A stretch of 64,000 bases of DNA from a virus (lineage: Duplodnaviria > Heunggongvirae > Uroviricota > Caudoviricetes): the IMG/VR virus record IMGVR_UViG_3300047323_000678; one strand, given 5' to 3'. How positions within the stretch are numbered: the stretch's first letter is position 1; each line of letters begins with the position of its first letter. Under the pieces are notes generated by a model. The model worked only from the letters and a program-made list of their open reading frames with translations, made no database searches and was not told the DNA's origin. The translations under genes were made by a program, and so were the position numbers. Below, piece after piece: positions 29,365 through 36,836 of the stretch.

Positions 29365-30570
29365 ATGGAACATAAATTAAATGAACAAGATGTATCAAAA
29401 GATATGAATGAACAAAGATATATGGATATAGCTAGAAGAATGAATCTTTTAGCTTTAGGCCCTGCTCCTGGTGCAGTGTTTTGGAAACCGAAAGGTTCTG
29501 CTCTTTATGAGAATTTAAGACAATTTATATTAGATAAACATAAGCAATATAATTACTCACAAGTAAAGTCTCCACAATTAGTAAATATGGAACTTTTCCA
29601 TAACTCAGGACATGCTGAAAAATATAGTGATTATATGTTTCAATTTAAAGAAGAAGAAATTGCGTTACGCCCTATGAGTTGTCCTAACCATATTGTTCTT
29701 TACCAATCATTTTTAAATTCATATCGAGACTTACCTGTAAAGTATTTTGAATTTGGTGAAGTCTTTAGAAATGAACCTTCAGGATCATTGCAAGTTCTTT
29801 TTAGACAAAGACAATTCTGCCAAGATGATGCTCATGTTTTTGCAAAATCTAGTGATATTCAATCTTTATTGCAAGATTATTTATCTATGAGTGAAAAAGT
29901 ATATAAAGAATTAGGATTTGAAAAAATAGAATATATGATTTCATTACGACCTGAAAAAAGGTTTGGTAGTGATGAATTATGGGATAAAGCAGAGGGTGAA
30001 TTAATTCGTGCTTGCCAAGAAAAAGGATTATCTTTTGGATTAGAGTCTGGTGGTGGTGCTTTTTATGGGCCTAAAATTGAATTAAAGGTAAGAGATAAAT
30101 TAAATCGTTTATGGCAATTAGGTGTCATTCAATTAGATTATGTTCTTCCTGAAAGATTTAATCTTCATTATATTGATGAAAATAATCAAAAGGTTCGTCC
30201 TGTTATTTTGCATCATGCTGTATTAGGCTCAATGGAAAGAATGATTGGAATTATGCTAGAAGTATTTGATGCCGATATTCCATTATTTCTTCATCCAGTT
30301 AAAGCTGCAATTGTAAGCGTATCTGATAAATCAAAAGACTATGCTATTGAAGTGCAGAAAAAATTATGTGAGCAAAATGGTTGGTCAAAATCAGAATGTA
30401 TTGTAGATGAACAAAATTCTCCATTGCCACAAAAAATTGCTAAATTATCACAAGATATGATTCCTCAAATTTATGTAGTAGGTCCTAAAGAGGCACAAAA
30501 TTATCAAGAGCAAGGAATCATGAAAGCAATGCTAAGGGAAGGTAGCAATAATAAACCCGTAGAGTTATAA
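29365..30570 (+). CDS. thrS: Threonine--tRNA ligase lacking the N-terminal TGS/editing domains
   Basis: PGAVFWKPKG, RPMSCPNH, FRNEPSGSL, QDDAH, GAFYGPKI, WQLGVIQLD, HHAVLGSMER; Zn ligands C/H/H present; 401 aa. Confidence 0.92.
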   Translation: MEHKLNEQDVSKDMNEQRYMDIARRMNLLALGPAPGAVFWKPKGSALYENLRQFILDKHKQYNYSQVKSPQLVNMELFHNSGHAEKYSDYMFQFKEEEIALRPMSCPNHIVLYQSFLNSYRDLPVKYFEFGEVFRNEPSGSLQVLFRQRQFCQDDAHVFAKSSDIQSLLQDYLSMSEKVYKELGFEKIEYMISLRPEKRFGSDELWDKAEGELIRACQEKGLSFGLESGGGAFYGPKIELKVRDKLNRLWQLGVIQLDYVLPERFNLHYIDENNQKVRPVILHHAVLGSMERMIGIMLEVFDADIPLFLHPVKAAIVSVSDKSKDYAIEVQKKLCEQNGWSKSECIVDEQNSPLPQKIAKLSQDMIPQIYVVGPKEAQNYQEQGIMKAMLREGSNNKPVEL

Positions 30571-30663
30571 TAAATAAGCTGACTGTTAGAGTGGAAAAAG
30601 CTTGTACATTTTAATAGTTAGCTTATAATATAGTTTGTTAATTAACTTCTAAAGGACAGGAAA

Positions 30664-30909
30664 ATGAACATTAAAAATACATTGAATTATCTTTTCAACT
30701 GGAAAAAGAATCCTGCATCAGTTTTTGTCTTAGCAGTTCCTTTAGTTATCATTGGATTTGGCTTAATGTTTATTATGGCAATTTTGCAAATGAAACTTCA
30801 TAGTGATCCTTGGTATCTAGTAATTTTTGCTTGTGGAATCGGATTGCTTATGCTTGGTCTGTGGCCGATTCGTAAGCCACTAATGGCAGCATTTAATAAT
30901 AAAAATTAA
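30664..30909 (+). CDS. Small two-TM membrane protein
   Basis: 81 aa, downstream of promoter 30602. Confidence 0.65.
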   Translation: MNIKNTLNYLFNWKKNPASVFVLAVPLVIIGFGLMFIMAILQMKLHSDPWYLVIFACGIGLLMLGLWPIRKPLMAAFNNKN

Positions 30910-30919
30910 GGGGTAAAAT

Positions 30920-31108
30920 ATGAAATTTAAAAATTATGCTTTGGTTGCCTTTTTCTACTTCATTTGCACTTTTATCCTTGGTCTAATGGTTTCACATTTT
31001 ATTCCAGCAGCACAGTCTATTCGATATTTTTGGATTGCTATTGGAGTAGGTGTAGGAAGGTTTTTTATTGAATGGTTTAAAGATAAATTTAGTCTTAAAA
31101 TAAAATAA
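30920..31108 (+). CDS. Small two-TM membrane protein
   Basis: 62 aa hydrophobic. Confidence 0.6.
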   Translation: MKFKNYALVAFFYFICTFILGLMVSHFIPAAQSIRYFWIAIGVGVGRFFIEWFKDKFSLKIK

Positions 31109-31183
31109 AAATGTTTTAATTATTGTACATTTAAAGAATCAAGTGTATACTAAGGTCTTTCTTACAAAACTTTAAAATCCATC

Positions 31184-31378
31184 ATGAACTTTAAAGATTG
31201 CATGATTGTTGTTGGTCTTGAAGTAATTGCTACTTTTATTATGGCATTAATTGGTTATTTTATTACTCCAACTTTGATGCCTTTATCTCTTTGCTTTCAA
31301 TTAGCTGTTGGAGTAGCTATTTTAGTATTTTTGGTTTATGGAATTAAGAAATTGCTCTTTTCTTCTAGTTGCAGTTAA
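31184..31378 (+). CDS. Small two-TM membrane protein
   Basis: 64 aa hydrophobic, downstream of promoter 31123. Confidence 0.6.
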   Translation: MNFKDCMIVVGLEVIATFIMALIGYFITPTLMPLSLCFQLAVGVAILVFLVYGIKKLLFSSSCS

Positions 31379-31414
31379 GTTAAGAAAATAAAAATTTAAT
31401 AATAAGGATAGAAA

Positions 31415-31591
31415 ATGAAACCAGTCGGAAAAGTTATTCAAGAAAAACCAATTATGGTTCATGTGACAAAAAATGCTCGCCCTGTTCATGAGTCAGTTGC
31501 CAAACAATATGTTGAAAAAACATATCCAGAAGTGCTTTCTTGGAAATTCACAAAAACAGATCATTCTGTATTAGCTGAAGAAAATATTTAA
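31415..31591 (+). CDS. Small hypothetical protein (58 aa)
   Basis: AAGGA RBS; MKPVGKVIQEKPIMVHVTKNARP... Confidence 0.55.
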   Translation: MKPVGKVIQEKPIMVHVTKNARPVHESVAKQYVEKTYPEVLSWKFTKTDHSVLAEENI

Positions 31592-31670
31592 AAAATACTT
31601 GTACTTTTAAATATTTTTAGATATAATTGATTTTCATTTAGCAGTAAAAGAAATAAATTCGTTATTTTAA

Positions 31671-31730
31671 TTGGACTTAAGCATATTTTATCCAGCAAGT
31701 TGGGTGCTTAAGTGAAATAAACAACTGCTG
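31671..31730 (+). ncRNA. 60-nt repeated structured RNA motif, copy B
   Basis: Same length and core as copies A and C; sits just downstream of promoter 31599. Confidence 0.7.
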
Positions 31731-31750
31731 CTTTCTAATTCTACTTTTCA

Positions 31751-31967
31751 CAAAACGGCCTATTAGCGTTTTCCAGGTTGCCGCGACGACTGGAAATTGT
31801 GAAAATGCAAGACATGGCTTGGTGATTGTTCATGTCTAAGATAGCTCAAATCACAACTGACAAAACAGGCTACAAGCGTTCTCCAAGTTCCTGCGACGAT
31901 TGGAGATTGTCGGTACAAGACATGGCTTGGTTGTTGAACATGTCTCAGATAGCTCAAACAACCTGCA
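31751..31967 (+). ncRNA. Tandem pair of about 110-nt pseudoknotted RNAs
   Basis: Units start at 31751 and 31861; compensatory changes in a 7-bp stem and in a loop-tail pseudoknot. Confidence 0.75.
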
Positions 31968-31991
31968 TTATTTTTTAATTTGAAGGAAAAT

Positions 31992-32198
31992 ATGCAAATT
32001 ATTGTTCATCTCACCGAAGAAGAATTAAATAATATTTCACTCGATCATTCGGCTTTAACAAAAATTATTCTAAAAAAAGTTGGTTCTATTACGAAAAATC
32101 AAAAAAGAATTTTTGATCAACTAGAAATTGAACTAGAATTAAAAGTCGACAATATATCCCAAGCCTATATTCAAAAAAAGAATTCTTCAAAAGAATAA
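31992..32198 (+). CDS. Small hypothetical protein
   Basis: AAGGA RBS before ATG 31992. Confidence 0.55.
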   Translation: MQIIVHLTEEELNNISLDHSALTKIILKKVGSITKNQKRIFDQLEIELELKVDNISQAYIQKKNSSKE

Positions 32199-32307
32199 TC
32201 ATAATTATTATTTATCATTAAAATCATTGTACATTTTAAGAATAAGAATTATAATATATCATCATTGAGCTTATCCGATTAATCAGTAGTCTTTTTAGGA
32301 ATTCAAT

Positions 32308-32535
32308 ATGAAAATGCTAGAAAAGATTGTGACCGTATTTGGAGCGATTGGTTTTATTATGCTAGCTATTGCAGCAGCTTTGCAAAACTATGATATTAAC
32401 CGTGCTGATTTGTTTGGATATTTGGGGGTAGCATTGTTGGTAAGCAATACAATTATTATTGTAGCTGTAGCAGCTATTGCAACTTGGAATAAGCAATTTA
32501 AGAATTATCTCTTTTCATCTGTTACTGCTAAATAA
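32308..32535 (+). CDS. Small two-TM membrane protein
   Basis: AGGA RBS, downstream of promoter 32227. Confidence 0.65.
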   Translation: MKMLEKIVTVFGAIGFIMLAIAAALQNYDINRADLFGYLGVALLVSNTIIIVAVAAIATWNKQFKNYLFSSVTAK

Positions 32536-32552
32536 TTAAATACGAATAAAAA

Positions 32553-32786
32553 ATGCAATACTACGAAATAACTTTTGCAAATGGTCAAACTGTTGCTGCA
32601 TCAAATGCTACAGATTCTCATATCATGAATTGTCTAGAAAATACTGATGCTGTGTTTAATCCAACAACAGAAGAAAATGCAAATAAAAACAATTGTTATT
32701 ATCGTCTGAATGATGGTATTGGTTGGGCACTAATGCGTATGCATGCTTTGGAAGCTAAAATTAAAAAACTAGAACAAAAGGCTTAA
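32553..32786 (+). CDS. Small hypothetical protein
   Basis: 77 aa in the same operon. Confidence 0.6.
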   Translation: MQYYEITFANGQTVAASNATDSHIMNCLENTDAVFNPTTEENANKNNCYYRLNDGIGWALMRMHALEAKIKKLEQKA

Positions 32787-32788
32787 TT

Positions 32789-32980
32789 ATGAACACAAAA
32801 AATAAGAAATTGCCTATTGCTGAAAAAGATAAACTAATTATTTCTTTTTTGATTGCTAGTTTTATCTTCTTTTTTATTTACTCCTTATTAAGCAATAATT
32901 TTCTAGCCAAGACCTTTGTTTTAGGCTTAGAAGGATGCCGAATGATAACAATGGCTCTTTTTGATGCTATTTTTAAATAA
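32789..32980 (+). CDS. Small membrane protein
   Basis: 63 aa with one long hydrophobic segment. Confidence 0.55.
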   Translation: MNTKNKKLPIAEKDKLIISFLIASFIFFFIYSLLSNNFLAKTFVLGLEGCRMITMALFDAIFK

Positions 32981-32999
32981 ATATAATTAAAGGAAAATT

Positions 33000-33275
33000 A
33001 TGGCAAATAATACTATTATCAATGCAAAAAAAATTAAAAGGATTTTTGTAGAAACACATGACACTACCACTTATGTTAAGTTCACATTAGTAGACGATAA
33101 AAATATATATAAATTTCACACTAGAGAAAATACTATTCGTGAAAATCTAGAATTTACTCAGCCTGGAGATGAAGTTTCTTTTGAATATGGAACAACAGGA
33201 TGGCTTCTGAAAGACATTGCTTTACTAAAGTTTGAGAACATTACATTAAATAAAGAAATTGGTAAAACTAATTAA
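33000..33275 (+). CDS. Hypothetical protein (possible OB-like beta barrel)
   Basis: AAGGA RBS; LEFTQPGDEVSFEY pattern. Confidence 0.6.
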   Translation: MANNTIINAKKIKRIFVETHDTTTYVKFTLVDDKNIYKFHTRENTIRENLEFTQPGDEVSFEYGTTGWLLKDIALLKFENITLNKEIGKTN

Positions 33276-33286
33276 AAGAGAAAAAA

Positions 33287-33679
33287 ATGGACACACGCAA
33301 AGTAGTTAAAATTAAAGGATATCGCAATCCTAAAATTACTATTACTGATACTCTAAAAGTAGAGTATGTCCAAGTTGCTTATGATAATAGATATGTGGTT
33401 ATTAAGCAAAATACCTCTGGAACTCATGGGGAACAAATTACTTATGATAATAGATATGTGGTTATCAAGCAAAATACACATGGAACTCATTGGGAACAAA
33501 TTGCTAAAGTAGCTGATTCATCTATTAGGGAAATTTTTATTAATGCACTAGTAAATGAAATTAAAGATAATAAAAAACAAAAGAGTATTAAAACGAAATT
33601 AGTAAAGTTTTGGAATGATGTAAAAGAGTATGATGAAAAACTAAATGCAGAAGCAGAACAAGATGGATTTAAAAAATAG
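33287..33679 (+). CDS. Hypothetical protein with internal 21-aa duplication
   Basis: YDNRYVVIKQNTxGTHxEQIx present twice. Confidence 0.65.
   Translation: MDTRKVVKIKGYRNPKITITDTLKVEYVQVAYDNRYVVIKQNTSGTHGEQITYDNRYVVIKQNTHGTHWEQIAKVADSSIREIFINALVNEIKDNKKQKSIKTKLVKFWNDVKEYDEKLNAEAEQDGFKK
33378..33503 (+). repeat. 63-bp tandem duplication
   Basis: 33378-33440 and 33441-33503 nearly identical. Confidence 0.9.
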
Positions 33680-33685
33680 TTGTAG

Positions 33686-33859
33686 AAAAATAGGTTTGAG
33701 AATATTTGTGATTTATTTAAGGTTAATGTCATTATTGTTGAACAAAAACTAGAACAATCTTTTGAACAAACTTTATCTTCTGATGTTATTGAATTAATGA
33801 CTGTTTTTTGTGCCAAACTTTATAGTAAAAGATCTCATAAAAATAAATTAAAAGTTTAA
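33686..33859 (+). pseudogene. tnpA: C-terminal remnant of IS607-type serine recombinase TnpA
   Basis: FENICDLFKVNVIIVEQ...SFEQTLSSDVIELMTVFCAKLYSKRSHKNK; no start codon, catalytic N-terminus absent. Confidence 0.75.
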
Positions 33860-33922
33860 TTGAACTATTGCTTTATTTTAACTTTTAACTTATATTATCT
33901 GCATAATTTATATATTCAAATA

Positions 33923-35605
33923 ATGCCGAATAAGTCTAGCAATAATAATTTAGTTGATGAGAAGAAAAAGTTAAAAACTTTTTCTATTCATGAAACTGAT
34001 TTATCTATGGTTAAATTTATCAAAAATTATTTATTTAAATATAAACATTTAGAGAATATTCTTAATTTATTGCTCAGAGAACAGTTTGAACTTAATCAAT
34101 CTTTATCTGATTATGCTTTGACCGAAGGTAAGAAAGCCTTTAGTTTATTATTTAATGAAAAAGCTATGAAAGCCGTTTTGGTAGGCAATGCTGGTGGCAT
34201 TGCTACCAAAGAGAATATTTCTTTTATCAATAACTATTTCCAAAACAATCATTTATTTATTCAGGCTAAAATAGTATCTAAACCATTAAATGATAAAAAT
34301 ATTTCTATGGTTGTTCGTAGAATCAAAAAAGATTGGTCTAATTATTTTTCTGCTTTAACTCAATATAAATCTAATCCCTCTACTTTTAAAGGTAAGCCTA
34401 GTTATCCTAAATCTAAAAAACTATCTAAAGTTTTTAATTATTCTTTACCTTTAGAAAAAGATAAATGGTCTTTAAAAAGAAAGAAACAAAATCTTTTAGG
34501 CATCAATCTAGGCAAAAAAATGTTTGATGTTTATATTGGTAAAACTGAATATTTCAAAGATAAATTAGTAAATAATGTTACCGTGAGCTACTCTCATGGT
34601 CATATTTATTATAATTTTACTTATTCTAGTGAAAATCAAGGTTTACCTAATAAAGATAAAGAGTTTATTTTACCCAAAGATAAAGTAAGAAAAGAAGCTG
34701 GTGGTGATGTAGGTTTGAATAATTTACTATCTTTATTCATTAATGATGAAACTACACAATCATTAATTTTTTCAGGCAAAGAAGTCATTAGTTATAACTG
34801 CAATTTTAATAAAAGATTAGCCGAAATTAACACATTGATTTCTTATGAAGTTAAGACTTATAAAACTATTTCTGATAAAAATGGAGTTATTAGACAAGTT
34901 CCTGAATCTTACACAAATAAAGGTAAGAGATTAATTAAAACAAAAAGTCAATTATTTGAGAGAAGAAGGCTATTCTTTTATGATTACATGAATAAATTAA
35001 GCAAAAAGGTTGTTGAATACTTATCAAATAATAATGTAATAGATTTAGTTTTATCTAAGAATTTAAGCTTTACCAAGAATGATGGTAGTATAGAAATGCA
35101 GAAGAAAACAAAGCAGAAATTTTACCAAATACCATTTGGTAATATGTTGAATTTAATTTCAAGTAGAGCAGAAGAAAAATCAATCAATGTGGTATGGATA
35201 GATGAAGCATATACAAGTAAAACAAGCAGTATTAGTGCAGAAGTAGTAGAAGTGCAGAAATTAGCATCAATAGATAGAAATAAAATAGTTCCTACAGATT
35301 TAAATGGTAATCGTGGAGCGAAGAAAAAAGGTATTTTAAATAATAAATTAGGAAGAGGTTTATTCAAAGATAGTGTGATAAACAAGGTAATAAATGCTGA
35401 TATAAATGCAGCATGCAATCATATTAAAGTAGCATTTAAATATGTTGATAAAAATTACCTATCAAAGTATAGCTTGCATAAATGGTGTAATCCAATAAAG
35501 ATAAAAAGTAATCACGAGTTTGATATTTTACTGAAGAATTTTAGTAAAAAACAAATAGTAGATATACATTTAGGTAAGGAAATTTACCTGAAATCCGTAG
35601 TATAA
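33923..35605 (+). CDS. tnpB: IS607-associated TnpB-like RuvC protein
   Basis: GGDVGLNN, LVLSKN, QIPF, DEAYTSKTS, NADINAACN; follows the IS607 tnpA remnant; no Cys Zn finger. Confidence 0.85.
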   Translation: MPNKSSNNNLVDEKKKLKTFSIHETDLSMVKFIKNYLFKYKHLENILNLLLREQFELNQSLSDYALTEGKKAFSLLFNEKAMKAVLVGNAGGIATKENISFINNYFQNNHLFIQAKIVSKPLNDKNISMVVRRIKKDWSNYFSALTQYKSNPSTFKGKPSYPKSKKLSKVFNYSLPLEKDKWSLKRKKQNLLGINLGKKMFDVYIGKTEYFKDKLVNNVTVSYSHGHIYYNFTYSSENQGLPNKDKEFILPKDKVRKEAGGDVGLNNLLSLFINDETTQSLIFSGKEVISYNCNFNKRLAEINTLISYEVKTYKTISDKNGVIRQVPESYTNKGKRLIKTKSQLFERRRLFFYDYMNKLSKKVVEYLSNNNVIDLVLSKNLSFTKNDGSIEMQKKTKQKFYQIPFGNMLNLISSRAEEKSINVVWIDEAYTSKTSSISAEVVEVQKLASIDRNKIVPTDLNGNRGAKKKGILNNKLGRGLFKDSVINKVINADINAACNHIKVAFKYVDKNYLSKYSLHKWCNPIKIKSNHEFDILLKNFSKKQIVDIHLGKEIYLKSVV

Positions 35606-35810
35606 TTGAATCATTATTATTCTTAGTTTTCTAGCTTTGAATAGATTTTACTTGGCTTTATTTAACGGAGGTTTATCATATTATTAGTGAAAACAATGGA
35701 TATGTTAAATATGTTCTGAGCTATGAATTTGAAGGTCAGAAAAGGGAGCGAGAGGATAGTAGTAAGGCTAAATTTCTGAGTTGCGGCTACCACAGTTTTA
35801 AGCAGATAAA
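35606..35810 (+). ncRNA. Possible omega-RNA / right end of the IS607 element
   Basis: Non-coding, locally GC-enriched stretch right after tnpB with GTAGT/GCTAC stem; boundary not resolved. Confidence 0.3.
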
Positions 35811-35847
35811 ATAAGTATGAAAAAAATTTAAAAATGTTTTAAAAAAG

Positions 35848-35876
35848 TTGTACATTTTTGGATTTTTAGGTATAAT
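35848..35876 (+). promoter_or_regulatory. Promoter of the second tRNA operon
   Basis: TTGTAC-17-TATAAT. Confidence 0.8.
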
Positions 35877-35911
35877 AGATTCATTAGTTAAGCAGTAAAT
35901 GATTTAAAAAT

Positions 35912-35990
35912 GCTTCGTAGTTTAGTCGGAAAACGCCCGTGTACCGAAAGAGAGGGGCACCCAATGTTAAAGCCCATTGGCGAAGCACCA
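35912..35990 (+). ncRNA. tRNA-shaped RNA with aberrant anticodon arm and T-loop
   Basis: GCTTCGT/GCGAAGC-A-CCA acceptor, GTTT/AAAC D stem, GCCC/GGGC stem with 16-nt loop, CAATG/CATTG stem with TTAAAGCC loop. Confidence 0.65.
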
Positions 35991-36003
35991 AGTAGTAAAT
36001 AAT

Positions 36004-36080
<77 letters not shown>

Positions 36081-36088
36081 TAGAATAA

Positions 36089-36148
36089 TTGGACTTAAGT
36101 GATTTTTAGCCAGCAAGTTGGGCGCTTAGGTAAAATAAACAACTGCTG
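36089..36148 (+). ncRNA. 60-nt repeated structured RNA motif, copy C
   Basis: Between tRNA-Pro and the CUA tRNA; compensatory A-T to G-C change in the main stem. Confidence 0.7.
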
Positions 36149-36152
36149 TTAT

Positions 36153-36226
36153 GCTCTGTTGTCCGATTGGTTAGGAAGCGGCTTCTAAACCCGCCTAGAA
36201 CGGTTCGATTCCGTTACAGAGTACCA
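36153..36226 (+). tRNA. Probable amber suppressor tRNA (CUA anticodon)
   Basis: GCGGC-TTCTAAA-CCCGC anticodon arm centred on CTA (36185-36187), C31.C39 mismatch; normal T-arm and CCA. Confidence 0.7.
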
Positions 36227-36382
36227 AGAATTTTAAAAAGCAGATCAGAAATGGTCTGCTTTTTTATTTTCTATTAACATTGTTACAGATATGCAGTATC
36301 AATTTGGAATAAGTTGTATATTGGAAATCCTTGTAGAATAAGAACTTAAATGATAGTATTATGTTTTCGATGAAATAATCTA

Positions 36383-36784
36383 ATGGAAAAAATTACAAAA
36401 ATTGCTGTTCCTGCAAAACCTAGAAAATGGGTATATCATCTAACTCCTTCTGAAAACTTTTCATCAATTCAAGAAAATGGTCTTATTCCATATATAAAAT
36501 CTGGAAAATTTGGATATTTAAGCATAGAAGCTTACGATGGACGAAAAAAGATTTTTCTTTTACCAAATCTTCATGGGAAAGGGATGAAAAGCTTTTTAAA
36601 AGAATGGTGGCATGGAGACATTCAGGATATCATCATCCTTAGAGTACCATTTGAAAGCATAGAGAATCCATTATCTAGTCCTGATCCATATTACGCAAAC
36701 CAAGAGATTTGGACTCATTACAAAATTGATAGAAGAACCATTCAATTTACTTTTTTTAATGAACGAAAATGGAAAAATTTATGA
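36383..36784 (+). CDS. Possible ADP-ribosyltransferase-fold protein (Tpt1/DUF952/DarT-like N-terminal motif)
   Basis: WVYHLTPSENFSSIQENGLIP matches the YHxT...I...GL pattern; IIILRVP and C-terminal QEI. Confidence 0.45.
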   Translation: MEKITKIAVPAKPRKWVYHLTPSENFSSIQENGLIPYIKSGKFGYLSIEAYDGRKKIFLLPNLHGKGMKSFLKEWWHGDIQDIIILRVPFESIENPLSSPDPYYANQEIWTHYKIDRRTIQFTFFNERKWKNL

Positions 36785-36836
36785 ATAGCCTAGCACCAAG
36801 AATTAAAAAAAGCAGATCAGAAATGGTCTGCTTTTT

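Noticed and set aside
31751-31967. Type III antitoxin array or the 64-aa minus-strand ORF 31763..31957
   Set aside because: Units are about twice the size of known antitoxin repeats with no adjacent toxin gene; substitutions preserve base pairs rather than a reading frame.
33686-35810. IStron (group I intron fused to IS607)
   Set aside because: No group I intron core seen upstream; the left part of the element is missing.
36153-36226. Reading this tRNA as Arg(UCU)
   Set aside because: The TCT-centred register gives AGCGG/ACCCG, which barely pairs; the CTA-centred register gives four Watson-Crick pairs.
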